A DNA stretch of 64,000 bases. Source: a virus (lineage: Duplodnaviria > Caudoviricetes). Within the stretch, counting starts at the first letter, position 1. Every line of letters starts with the position of its first letter. The stretch spans positions 288,001 through 352,000 of IMG/VR virus record IMGVR_UViG_3300035208_004923. The stretch is one strand, 5' to 3'. Under the pieces are notes generated by a model. That model was not told where the DNA came from. It made no database searches and saw only the letters and a list, made by a program, of their open reading frames with translations. A program made the translations under genes and the position numbers. This document shows positions 18,618-28,779 of this stretch, piece after piece.

Positions 18618-19467
18618 TTTTCGTAATTTTAAATTCGTAATCAATTAAATTATTTCGTTTGTTTATCATTGCGTAATTTGTTGCTTTTTCTAATAAGTTC
18701 AGTGTATTTGATGTTATTTTACCTTTATTTAATAATGAAACGATTGAAGCGTATGGCATATTATTTTGTTTCGCAAATTTTATCATTTCGCTCACACCTA
18801 AAATTTCGATAATATCGTGTGTCGGTGTAATAACATTATAAATTATCATTTGCCATTTTCTTTTATATTCTTTATATTCGTCACTTCTTTTTTTACCCGT
18901 ATTCGATTCTCCTATTTTAGCTCTATGCTCTTCTGTACTTTTGTGTCCTCTTCTAAATGTATGCAATCCTTCATTTTTTGCAAATGTTAAATTCCATTTT
19001 TCTTTTGCTGCGCTACGTTCTTCATCAGTTATTTTAGTTTGCGCTTCCTGCATTGATGCTTTTACTTTTATTACATATACAGGGTCATTCCAACGTTCTG
19101 CTGTTGCTTTGCCTATTTTTTGTTTTGTTGAATCTTTTAATACTTTTTCTTTTGCTGCTTCGGACATGTGTTGTCTATGCGAATCAGTGAAAACTAAACC
19201 TTGTGTGCCGCCTCCACCATCTGTTAGATTATATCCTATATTTGAATCCTTTGCATGCAATTCTTTTATCCAAAAAATTTCTTTTTCGTTTAGTTCATCA
19301 GTTGTATTAGCGGTATCAATAATTTCTTTTTTGAAATTCTCAATGCCATATTTTTTTATTGCTTTATTTATTAAAATGCCTGAACCAAAATAATTAGGAT
19401 TATTATGCGAATCTTGGCCAACGTAAATTTTGCCATTAATTAAATTTGTTATTTTATAGATAATCAT
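18598..19467 (-). CDS. GIY-YIG homing endonuclease
   Basis: MIIYKITNLINGKIYVGQ...YFGSG...GYNLTDGGGG; NUMOD3-like repeats. Confidence 0.88.
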   Translation of the reverse strand: MIIYKITNLINGKIYVGQDSHNNPNYFGSGILINKAIKKYGIENFKKEIIDTANTTDELNEKEIFWIKELHAKDSNIGYNLTDGGGGTQGLVFTDSHRQHMSEAAKEKVLKDSTKQKIGKATAERWNDPVYVIKVKASMQEAQTKITDEERSAAKEKWNLTFAKNEGLHTFRRGHKSTEEHRAKIGESNTGKKRSDEYKEYKRKWQMIIYNVITPTHDIIEILGVSEMIKFAKQNNMPYASIVSLLNKGKITSNTLNLLEKATNYAMINKRNNLIDYEFKITKNARSNH

Positions 19468-19543
19468 ACTTGTTTATTTTATATATCAAATATGTTTTCT
19501 TCAATTTCACAATACTTTTTAAATTGTTATGGCAATCGATTTA

Positions 19544-19894
19544 TTATAAAAGTTTAATTCCTGGTTTTGCATTTACTGTAAGTGTTATGCCTCTTTCAAT
19601 TTCGCCTGGCATAATCATTGCGGTTGATTCAACGCCCATCATTTTAACAGGCTTTAAATTTGTAATAAAAGGAAAACATAATCCTTTTAAAACCAAATTG
19701 CATTCGTCCAAGTCACCAATGTGTTGTTTAATGTTAGTAACAACCCATCTTATATCTTCATCGCCAAAGTCGACAACTAATCTTATTAGTTTATCAGATT
19801 TTGGAATTCCCATGACTGCTGTGATTTTTCCTATTTTAATTTCAAGTTTTTTCTCTATCTCGAGAAATTCCGCAAATTCAATTTGTTCTTTCAT
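19544..19894 (-). CDS. tRNA-binding OB-fold protein (Trbp111/CsaA/MetRS C-domain-like)
   Basis: IEFAEF..LEIKIGKI, SDKLIRLVVDFG, NLKPVKMMGVESTAMI. Confidence 0.85.
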   Translation of the reverse strand: MKEQIEFAEFLEIEKKLEIKIGKITAVMGIPKSDKLIRLVVDFGDEDIRWVVTNIKQHIGDLDECNLVLKGLCFPFITNLKPVKMMGVESTAMIMPGEIERGITLTVNAKPGIKLL

Positions 19895-20477
19895 TATTTT
19901 ACGTATATTATTTTTTCATCATTTTCTTTCAAATATATTATGAGCGTTTCTTCACTAAGTATAATATAAGATACTTCTTCATTTTTGCAAGAAAACATAT
20001 ATATGCCTTCTTGTAATTCTTTTACCTCATCATATACAATGTATTGAACAGATGCGGTTGCAGTGTCCATACCTGTTGAATTGAAACTTAATCGTTTGCA
20101 CAATTCATCAACAGTTACCTGTACATCGTCATTTTCATACCGAACCAATATAGTATCCTGAGCAAACGCAGTTTTACTGTAAAGCCAAATATTCGATTGA
20201 CAATAACTTGACATCGATATAAAGTAAAATAATAGTATGAACAATATCTTTTTCATAATTATGACATTACAACAATCATTTTTTTAATTTCATTTTTACA
20301 TGTTGGACAATTAAATTGTAAACCTGCCCAGCCACTTGTCATTCGAATGGTATTTACGTAAACAACTTCAGATGTTTCGCAAATTCCGGTCCATCCGCAT
20401 TTGCAAGTTATTCTTTCTTTTTTCTTTTCATCGGTATAATTTATGTCGATAAAAGAATACGCCATTGAATCGCTCAT
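19894..20477 (-). other. Secreted hypothetical 19894-20256 and Zn-ribbon protein 20259-20477
   Basis: Signal peptide; CKCG...CPTC. Confidence 0.6.
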
Positions 20478-20480
20478 GAT

Positions 20481-21017
20481 TTATTTTTTAAGATTATTCA
20501 AATGTTCAACATCTTGAGGTGTTCCAGCAAAATTGATTTGTTCAAACCATGCAATTTTGTTGTCATCGGATATTAAATCGTCCCAGTATTCGTAAGCTTG
20601 GTCGAAATGAATATGGAAACTCATAACATGTTTTTGAATTTCTTCAGGCATTTCAGAAAACAAATATTCTTTTCCTTCAAATGCAAAAGTAAATTCATCT
20701 TTAACAAACCCTATTAATGTAGATAAACGTTGTTTACCGTCCATTACTTTATATACTTTTGTTCTGTCTTCAAATTCAGAAATAATAATGGTAAAATGTG
20801 GAATATCTCTGCCCATTAAAACAGAAGTAATCAATTCGCGTTTTTGTTCAATAGTCCAACAAAAAGGACGTTGCAAATTTTTTCCTTTTGTTGGAAGAAA
20901 AATATCAAAATCAAATTTGTGATTGTACCTTGGATTTACTAATTCTTTTAGCCATCCGTAATGCATTCCTTTTTGAATTTTTATCGGTAACTCTTTTTTA
21001 AAATCGGATAATTTCAT
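20481..21017 (-). CDS. DUF262 (ParB-like, GmrSD N-terminal-like) protein, paralog 1
   Basis: LQRPFCWT..QK.ELITSVL...IP, VMDGKQRLSTL, FEQIN.GTP. Confidence 0.8.
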   Translation of the reverse strand: MKLSDFKKELPIKIQKGMHYGWLKELVNPRYNHKFDFDIFLPTKGKNLQRPFCWTIEQKRELITSVLMGRDIPHFTIIISEFEDRTKVYKVMDGKQRLSTLIGFVKDEFTFAFEGKEYLFSEMPEEIQKHVMSFHIHFDQAYEYWDDLISDDNKIAWFEQINFAGTPQDVEHLNNLKK

Positions 21018-21038
21018 ATATTTTGTTTTTATCAATTG

Positions 21039-21079
21039 TTAAAATCAAATATACAACATTTAACAAGCAATAGCAATAG
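21039..21079 (-). promoter_or_regulatory. Class 1 early promoter repeat
   Basis: Consensus match. Confidence 0.85.
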
Positions 21080-21088
21080 TAAAGCAAT

Positions 21089-21556
21089 TTATTTTTCTAA
21101 AAGTTCCAAATTAACAGGAAATAATTTCATTGCTTTTACTGTTACTTTTTTCTTGTCCACTTTATGATTCTTTGGTTTGTCTGACCATAATCCTTGTAAT
21201 GATTTAACAACTTCCAATGTAACACCGGTTTTTGTTTCATTTGTTGCAATTCCGACTGTTGATGTTGTTATGCCGCTTGAATCAACAGAATAGCCATAAG
21301 CATTTCCGATAATAACTTCGTTTCCTAATGCATCATATTTCATATTGTCATTTTTAAGTTATTCAATTGTTGGTCCTTGTTCAAATGCAATTCCTTTTTT
21401 CTTCAAGTCAACTTCAATTACGTTGAAAATTGTACCTTTGTATTCGGCAGTTTCATTTAATAGTTTTCTAGCTTCATCCTTTGCAACAATAATGCAAACG
21501 CCTGAAGACATTTCCCATTTATCCTTCGATGTTGTTTCTAAAATAAAAGTTTTCAT
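21089..21556 (-). other. Two small hypothetical CDS (21089-21343, 21359-21556)
   Basis: Packed ORFs. Confidence 0.55.
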
Positions 21557-21560
21557 GAAA

Positions 21561-22115
21561 TTATTTTTTAAGATTTTCTAAATGTTGAGCATCTTGTGGA
21601 GTTCCTGAAAAATTGATTTGCTCGAACCATGCAATTTTATCGGCGTCAGCAATCATTCGATTTGAATACTCATAAACAACATCAACAGTAAAATTGAAAC
21701 CTGCTATTTCATATTTTGCGTTATCGGCAAGATCTTTGAAAAAATAAATGTTATCATTTACTTCAATTGGAAATTCGTTATTGTAAAATTTTGTGATTGC
21801 AGTAAAACGTTGTTTACCGTCGATTATTTTAAATGTGCAAGCAGAACCGTCTTTTGTTCTATCACGATACTGAATCCATGAAATATTTGCAATTTTAATA
21901 CCTTTGAGAACTGAAATTATAAATTCTTGTTGTTGTGATAATGTCCATACATGATCTCGTTGAAGATTTTTGCCGATAGACGGTAAAAATACATCAGTAT
22001 CATAAACATCACCATAGTGATTTTCGGCAAGAAACGAAATTGATTCTGTTGCCATGCCTTTATGAATTTCAAAAGGTAATTTTTTTCGAACATCAAATAA
22101 ATCTAGTGGTTTCAT
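21561..22115 (-). CDS. DUF262 protein, paralog 2
   Basis: LQRDHVWT..QQ.EFIISVL, IIDGKQRFTAI, KIAWFEQINFSGTPQD. Confidence 0.8.
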   Translation of the reverse strand: MKPLDLFDVRKKLPFEIHKGMATESISFLAENHYGDVYDTDVFLPSIGKNLQRDHVWTLSQQQEFIISVLKGIKIANISWIQYRDRTKDGSACTFKIIDGKQRFTAITKFYNNEFPIEVNDNIYFFKDLADNAKYEIAGFNFTVDVVYEYSNRMIADADKIAWFEQINFSGTPQDAQHLENLKK

Positions 22116-22142
22116 ATGTTTCAATTTTATTTTTATCAATTG

Positions 22143-22183
22143 TTAAAATCAAATATACAACATATTTGATGCAATAGCAATAG
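22143..22183 (-). promoter_or_regulatory. Class 1 early promoter repeat
   Basis: Consensus match. Confidence 0.85.
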
Positions 22184-22185
22184 AT

Positions 22186-22837
22186 TTACTGATTTTTTTC
22201 TAAAATAACGATATTTTTTGTCCAATTGCCGTATGACTGTGTGTATGATTGACGTTGTGCAATTTCAGCAACAAATACCCATCCTTCTTCAAATAATTTA
22301 TTTAACTCTATAACTTCAGTTTGATTAAAGTTACTAATAAGTACTGCTTTATTCTTTATTGCCATTTTATTACATTTTAAATACTAAATAACTACCATCA
22401 CGTTGGTCTGAATGCCATTTTGCTTCTTTCCAGCCAGCAGCAAGATATCTTTTTTCAAGTATACTCCATATATCACTACGTAAACCGCTTGGTATATCAA
22501 TAGAAATTGAATTTCCGTAATTTACTGTTGATTTTGATAGCATTCTATCAATAATTTCTTCATAACGATTTGCGGTTGCTTGCAATTCCTTTTTGAATGA
22601 TTCTGGTCCTATTGCCATATTTTATGAGTTTAAAAGTGAACATATTAAAACTACTTGAAAGCAACAAATATCTATCGGCATTAATCGTCTTTCAACTTTA
22701 TATAACGGTGCATCTAATCTCTTTGATGAAGCAACCGCATCACCTATGTTTGGAACTAAATAATGTTCGTACGTTAATACAACATTTTGTTTCAAATCAA
22801 CAACTGTGATTTTATAAATTGGGTTATTGTCAAGCAT
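22186..22837 (-). other. Three small hypothetical CDS (22186-22365, 22370-22618, 22622-22837)
   Basis: Packed ORFs; the first (59 aa) translated manually. Confidence 0.55.
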
Positions 22838-22859
22838 ATTCTTAAATTTAAGTTAAAAA

Positions 22860-23180
22860 AAAACGGTTTCGATACGCAGCCTTGTATAAACCTCAAGAAT
22901 CGTACAATCAGAATTCTATCAAATTACTCAAGGATTTGAAAGACCTTTCGGCTTTATATCTTTTACCTTTAAAGCCCTATGCCTCGGTATTTTTACCGAT
23001 ACGGCTAATAGAAAGCAATAAGAGATTTGAGTATTGAAATTTAACGTTTGACCTTTAAGATTTGAACTTTTCAGTTTTTTTCCTAATATGGAGTTGCGCC
23101 CGAGAGCGCGACGTTAATTCTATCTTAACCTAGATAAAGAGGGATTGTGTTGTAGAGGTTTTCGCGTATGAAACCGTTTT
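22860..23180 (-). ncRNA. Unidentified structured RNA (~320 nt) with closing stem and heptamer tract
   Basis: Ends pair (AAAACGGTTTCATACGC / GCGTATCGAAACCGTTTT, one bulge); internal pairings AAACCTC/GAGGTTT, ACAATC/GATTGT, CCTTG/CAAGG; 7-nt periodic NNNYAAA tract at 23024-23072. Confidence 0.72.
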
Positions 23181-23196
23181 ACTTTATATTATTCGA

Positions 23197-23823
23197 TTAA
23201 ACCTCGATAGAAGTTATTGCATTACTTTCGCTAAGAACCGCATCGACTTCACCTAAGAAATCTTGAAGTTCAGTTTCAAGAATTGCAATTTTGTCATCTA
23301 TGTTAAGTGGGTCAACATATTCATAACCGTTGTTTTCATCAAACATTTTTGACAATGATGTGATTTCTTCTGGCTTTGCTTTTGATTTATCACCGCCTAG
23401 TGAAGCATTAATGAATATTTCGCGTTTTTCAGCGATTTGCGCATTTTGCTTTTCAAGACTTGATTTTCCTTGACGAGATCTGTTTTTAAGATTGTCAATA
23501 AAGCTTGCAGTTAATGCAGCGTTACCTTTTGCTGTTATTGCGTCAGCAACACTCATTTCTTTGTTTGCAACTGTTACAATTGTTTTACTGTTAGATAAAA
23601 CGATTGCTGCTTTAATTGCATTTTTACGTGCGATTAAATCTTGAACAGATTGATATGATTTTTTCGCGTTTTCAACGAATTTTGCTTCCTCTGTATGTCC
23701 GTATACAAGTTTACCTTTTTGACGGATTCCTACTGGTTGGATTTCTGAAATTGCTTTCGCGATTCGTGAATCAATTGTTTTGATTTCTGTTAAAGCTCTG
23801 TGAATTGTTAATTTTGTAGCCAT
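23197..23823 (-). CDS. Long coiled-coil protein (possibly DIP1984/septicolysin-like) upstream of the structured RNA
   Basis: MATKLTIHRALTEIKTIDSRI...EVDAVLSESNAITSIEV; start moved to ATG 23823; class 2 promoter; family label from memory only. Confidence 0.7.
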   Translation of the reverse strand: MATKLTIHRALTEIKTIDSRIAKAISEIQPVGIRQKGKLVYGHTEEAKFVENAKKSYQSVQDLIARKNAIKAAIVLSNSKTIVTVANKEMSVADAITAKGNAALTASFIDNLKNRSRQGKSSLEKQNAQIAEKREIFINASLGGDKSKAKPEEITSLSKMFDENNGYEYVDPLNIDDKIAILETELQDFLGEVDAVLSESNAITSIEV

Positions 23824-23925
23824 GTTTAAGATTTTTAAGTTTTTTAAGTTTGAATTAATTTCAAATATATTATACATAAGATTTCATTAGTTTCATTTTA
23901 TGAATATATAAATCAAAATAATATT

Positions 23926-24525
23926 ATGAATAAAACATTAATTACGCCAGAAAAAATAAAGGCCGCTTTTGTAAAAAAAGGTTACAAATTTTTTGAAAAC
24001 GATTTAAAAAATTATAACATCAATCTTTTTGGCATTCGTTCTTCTGATATGACACCTGATAAATTCAATGATGCAGTTTGTATCATGTGGAGATATAAAG
24101 GTGTTTGGACAACTAAAATTTATGATGCAACAACAGACCCAGGACTTTATTATCTTAAAGATCCAATGAACGTTCACGGAACGGCGATAATGGTGCCAGG
24201 ACAATATCCAGGTTGCTATGAAGTTGGATTACATAAAGGATATCCTGCATTGCGTCAAAAATTACCAATGAAATATTATCGAGATGTTGACAGAGATGCA
24301 CAATTTGATTTAACAGGAAAAATCTACGAAGAAGTTGGATTTACCGATATTCATCATGCATCGAATACTGCAAAATCAACAGTTGTTGCGAACTGGAGTG
24401 CAGGCTGTCAAGTTATTGCCGACATTAATGATTGGAATGAATTTTTAAGCATTTGCGAATCCGCAAAAAACGCGTATTCAAATTCATTTACATATACATT
24501 ATTAAATGAATCAGATATCGTTTAA
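23926..24525 (+). CDS. Putative peptidoglycan-active enzyme (L,D-transpeptidase-like His/Cys motif), possible lysin
   Basis: DIHHA...NWSAGCQV; late-type promoter at 23901. Confidence 0.55.
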   Translation: MNKTLITPEKIKAAFVKKGYKFFENDLKNYNINLFGIRSSDMTPDKFNDAVCIMWRYKGVWTTKIYDATTDPGLYYLKDPMNVHGTAIMVPGQYPGCYEVGLHKGYPALRQKLPMKYYRDVDRDAQFDLTGKIYEEVGFTDIHHASNTAKSTVVANWSAGCQVIADINDWNEFLSICESAKNAYSNSFTYTLLNESDIV

Positions 24526-24703
24526 TTACTTGTAAGAATTTACAATTGATTCCAGCCGCTTTATAAAATCTATATTTTGATTATATGTATGAACATGAAC
24601 GGTGTGAGAATATTCAGATAATTCTCCACCGTTCATACGTTTACATTTTTCTTCGTTTTCCTTTTTCAAAGTTGCAATTAATGCGTTGATTTCTGCTTTC
24701 ATA

Positions 24704-25546
24704 TTATTCAGTATAAAATTCCCAATTATCAGTTGCCCATAAAGCGGTGAAAAACCGCATGTTATATTTTATTCCATCTTCCGTATAAATGTTAGGACCT
24801 ATCATAATCAAATATTCTTCTGGCAAAAAATATTTATGCGTAATTTTTTTGCCAATATGTAATTCGATTAATGCTTCAGCTCTTGTCATATTCTTTATTT
24901 TAAAATTTCAAATAATTTCCAGGATTCTTTCCATTCACACCAGTACCAGTTGAATGTCCAACCAGAATCAAAATCAGCACAACGTTCTTTTACAAATTGT
25001 TCTCTAATAGAAACAAATGAAAACCATTTTCCTGTCCAATGAAAATCAGATTCAAATCCATTTGCAACAATAAATGGAAATATTGAAAAAATTACCCTTA
25101 CACGAAATCTTTCAGTTTTTACGATTTCGTAATCTTTTGAAATTGTATTACTAGACATTTCTTTTAAGTCGTTTAATTGCAGTTAAAACAGCATGTTCTC
25201 TTGCAGCGTAATATGAATCATATTCTTCGGTAAAATCAATGTTGCCTACTTTAGGGCAGTATCCGCACAAACTACAAGATCCTATTGCTACGTTAATATA
25301 AATTGGTTCTGCACATACATTTAAACTGTATTTTTCTAAGAACCATTCTCTAACTTGTTGCCATAAAGGCGCAGGTGTTAATCCATCGCTTAAACCTCTA
25401 AATGATACGTAATCAGTATCAATTGGCGTTGGCACTTTTCCTTTAAAGTATGCAAAACATTGTTTATCAAAACCCAATGCAACAACTTCTTTTGCAATTT
25501 CTTTAGTTACAAATTGACTTTCTATATGTTCGTTTATTTTCGCCAT
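24704..25546 (-). other. Hypothetical CDS 24704-24889, 24895-25158, 25151-25546
   Basis: Packed ORFs. Confidence 0.55.
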
Positions 25547-27498
25547 TCTTTTTTGTTTAAGAATTTTTTTGTATTTTTGTTAGGTATATTTTCACGCGTA
25601 TTCAATTCAGCTTTGATTACTTCAGGATCGTATTGTTTATTTCCTATCCATACGTATCCACGATGATAATGACATGTTGGACATGACTTAAATTCTTTAA
25701 GCAATTTTTTAGTGTCCATTGCTTTAATTTCAGCAGGAACTTCAATATGACTTAAATCTTTAACAATACGTTTTCGTATTCCTGACATCCAGCCAACGCT
25801 TACTTTATCGAAAACAAGTCCTACGTGTGTTGTAACTTCATATGTTCCATCTTTACGTTTTTTTGAAATCCATCCTGTAAGATCTTCAACTCTATTATTC
25901 AATTTTGTTCTGTACCAAACAGGATCATTGATTTCATATTTTACAGGTCCATTTGATGATTTTAATGCACTTCTTTGCAATACAGGATCATTTGCTTTTC
26001 GCAATTCAAGAACTTTGAAATATTGGTCAAACGTTAAATGTTTTTCAGATATATCACGACCTTCATATTGTTTGACCAATTTTGATAAATGTTCCTTTGC
26101 AGATTCTTCCGCAACTTTAGTTTTCAAATAGTCAGAAACTAAATAAAAACGGTATTCTTCATTTGCAGTAAGTAAACGTTTGTTTGCATCTTTTACTCTA
26201 GAAACAACAATCTTGCGTTTATCTTTAAGCGTTTGTATTTGTTCATCAATTAATCGAACAGATTCTTCATTATCGGCAATTGAAATTTGCAAATCTTCAG
26301 TTCTTTTATGCAATTCTTTTCCCCATTTTGTTTTTGTTTGTTCAACAACTTTCATCAAAACAGAATGATCATTAACAATATGACCGAATAAAACCATTTC
26401 AAACAATGTGTTCAATGTTTTTCCAATAGCTTCGCCTTCAATTCCGAATGTTTTAATATCATCACCAGTGATTTTTAAATCAGTGATTTTTGCAACCATT
26501 TTGCCTGATTCCATCAAATCAAGAATTTCCTTTACGTTAGAAAAAACACTACCTAATTTGAAAGCATCTTTTGTTGTTTTAACCATTGCAGCAGCAATTA
26601 ATTCAGCAGCAATACCGTTTTCCATCAATTCGTGCATTTTAATTAAAGCAAGAATTTGTTTTTTAGTATCGTTATCGCATTTGAAACGATTAGCAGCAAT
26701 TTGTAGAATATCATTTTCAAAAAATAACAGCAAATACATCAAATCACCTAATGTTTTGAAATTTTCATCATGAATTGACATTGTTTTGTTGGTTTTGATT
26801 CCGAATGTTTCAAAAAAACCAATGTTGCATAATGTTTTAAATGCAATTTCAACAGAACCATGTTTGTTGATAATTTTTGTAAATTCCTCAATGATTCGTT
26901 CGCCAGTGATATCTTTAAGTAAATCAATATTTTTTGACATCATTGTTAAAGTTTCATCGGAAATTCGGAATTTGAAACGAGCAGCAAATTGAACGGCACG
27001 TACAATTCTTAGAGCATCATCAACAAAAGCATTTGGATTAGTTGCATGAATAATGCGATTAGTAATATCCTTAATACCATCAAATGGGTCAAGAATTGCA
27101 CCATCCATTGCAATTGCAATTGAGTTTATTGTAAAATCTCTACGGAATAAATCCTCACCGATTGATATGTTTTTGTTTGAAATGATTTCAAATCCTTTAT
27201 GACCAGCACCAATTTTTTTATCGGTACGGCAAACAGAAATATCGAAGTCATCAGCAATATTTGGATCCTTGAATTTAATTACGGCAAAAGATTCGCCAAC
27301 TAAATCGCATTTTCCATGTTTTTTCAAAATTTCGATTAAATCGGCAACATCAATACCTTCAACAACCAGGTCAATATCTTTAGATTGGGCTTTTGTAAAA
27401 AAATCCCTAACACAACCGCCTACGAGAAATATTTTTCCTTGTGATTCAATTTCTTGAATCCATTTGGTTGAATTTAATGTTTTTAATAGTTCCTTCAT
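25534..27498 (-). CDS. cca: tRNA nucleotidyltransferase (CCA-adding, class II) with long C-terminal extension
   Basis: LVGGCVRD, KDIDL, EDLFRRDFTINSIA, DPFDG..DI, F.DDALRIVRAVQFAAR, ERI.EE. Confidence 0.85.
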   Translation of the reverse strand: MKELLKTLNSTKWIQEIESQGKIFLVGGCVRDFFTKAQSKDIDLVVEGIDVADLIEILKKHGKCDLVGESFAVIKFKDPNIADDFDISVCRTDKKIGAGHKGFEIISNKNISIGEDLFRRDFTINSIAIAMDGAILDPFDGIKDITNRIIHATNPNAFVDDALRIVRAVQFAARFKFRISDETLTMMSKNIDLLKDITGERIIEEFTKIINKHGSVEIAFKTLCNIGFFETFGIKTNKTMSIHDENFKTLGDLMYLLLFFENDILQIAANRFKCDNDTKKQILALIKMHELMENGIAAELIAAAMVKTTKDAFKLGSVFSNVKEILDLMESGKMVAKITDLKITGDDIKTFGIEGEAIGKTLNTLFEMVLFGHIVNDHSVLMKVVEQTKTKWGKELHKRTEDLQISIADNEESVRLIDEQIQTLKDKRKIVVSRVKDANKRLLTANEEYRFYLVSDYLKTKVAEESAKEHLSKLVKQYEGRDISEKHLTFDQYFKVLELRKANDPVLQRSALKSSNGPVKYEINDPVWYRTKLNNRVEDLTGWISKKRKDGTYEVTTHVGLVFDKVSVGWMSGIRKRIVKDLSHIEVPAEIKAMDTKKLLKEFKSCPTCHYHRGYVWIGNKQYDPEVIKAELNTRENIPNKNTKKFLNKKEWRK

Positions 27499-27520
27499 AA
27501 TTTGTTTTTATCAATTAATC

Positions 27521-27559
27521 AAAATCAAATATACAACATATTTGATGCAATAGCAATAG
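27521..27559 (-). promoter_or_regulatory. Class 1 early promoter repeat
   Basis: Consensus match upstream of cca. Confidence 0.85.
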
Positions 27560-27564
27560 AAATG

Positions 27565-28192
27565 CTATTTATTTTCATATAATTCTTTGCATTTATGAAA
27601 ATTGCCATAAGAGTCTTTCCATAAACTTCTACAGTTCAAATGATTAATTTCATCGCCATAAATATTACGGTGAAATGAAAGACCCCATTTTTCTGCAGCG
27701 TCAATTGTTTTGTGCGTTATATATGATCTTATGTAATAAGTTATATTTCCTATCGTCATCATATTAATGTCCTATCATTGTATCGTAAACATGCTTTTGT
27801 ATTGCCGCAGATAATGATTTGGGTATTTTCACTGTATGCAGAATTTTATTGTTTGACTCGCCGATACGCTTTTCCCAAATGAAAATTTCGGATTTATCCA
27901 AAGAAACTTTATCAGCGTCAATCAAATTCCAAGTAACATCCTCGAATTGCAATTCTTTTGTTTTTTCTTTTGGCGAAAAATCAATATTTAATGCAGACAT
28001 AAACACGTATGGGTTATGTATGCTAGTCATTGTTATTCGTAACGAGCCATCTTCATACGTCAATGGCTTTAATTCCGAATCAAGTTTTAACAATTCGTAT
28101 TCTCGTTTTGTTGTAGATAGTATTGCGTATCTACCATTTGTCCATGAAAAGGAATCATTTTCAGGATATTCTAATTCAATAACTTTTAGCAT
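27565..28192 (-). other. Hypothetical CDS 27565-27762, 27764-28192
   Basis: Packed ORFs. Confidence 0.55.
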
Positions 28193-28779
28193 GACTCAAA
28201 TATTTCAAAAGGTCCACAACATTTTTTATACTTTAAATCTGAACCGCAAGGACATTTTGCATTACGGTCAATTTTTGTTGATTTTGTTGGCACATCGCCA
28301 AATTTACGTTCAACTGTTAATTCGTGAACACCGTCAAGATGGTTTATTTCGTGTTGCCAAATATGCGCACGAAATCCTATGATTATTTTTGTATGTTCAA
28401 CGCCATCTTCATCCCAGAATTTTACTTTTATTCGTCTGTAACGATTTGCCATAATGTTATATCCAGGCCATGTTAAACAGCCTTCAACACATGCATCAGT
28501 CATACCGATACGTTCAATAATTGAAGGATTGATAATAGCAGACCAAATTTCGCCTGAAATAGCAGTTTCTTTTTCGTATTTGCGTTCCAAGAAAAATCTA
28601 TCCATAAGTCGATTGCCATCGACAGATACTTGATTTGCAGCTAAACCGACTGCTTTTCTGTATTTTACAAAATCAATTAATTCATTGATAAGTAAACTAG
28701 ATGTTCTACCAAAATAATGCGGATTTTGTATTTCCGGCAGTAATGGCGTTTGTTCTTCTTTAATAATTTCTATTTTCAT
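28186..28779 (-). CDS. def: Peptide deformylase with C-terminal SEC-C motif
   Basis: [22 protein letters not shown]; [18 protein letters not shown]. Confidence 0.9.
   Translation of the reverse strand: MKIEIIKEEQTPLLPEIQNPHYFGRTSSLLINELIDFVKYRKAVGLAANQVSVDGNRLMDRFFLERKYEKETAISGEIWSAIINPSIIERIGMTDACVEGCLTWPGYNIMANRYRRIKVKFWDEDGVEHTKIIIGFRAHIWQHEINHLDGVHELTVERKFGDVPTKSTKIDRNAKCPCGSDLKYKKCCGPFEIFESC

Noticed and set aside
24593-24637. Hairpin tatgaacggtg...caccgttcata as an ncRNA
   Set aside because: It lies inside a probable small minus-strand ORF (about 24524-24701) just past the convergent lysin-like gene; at most a terminator.
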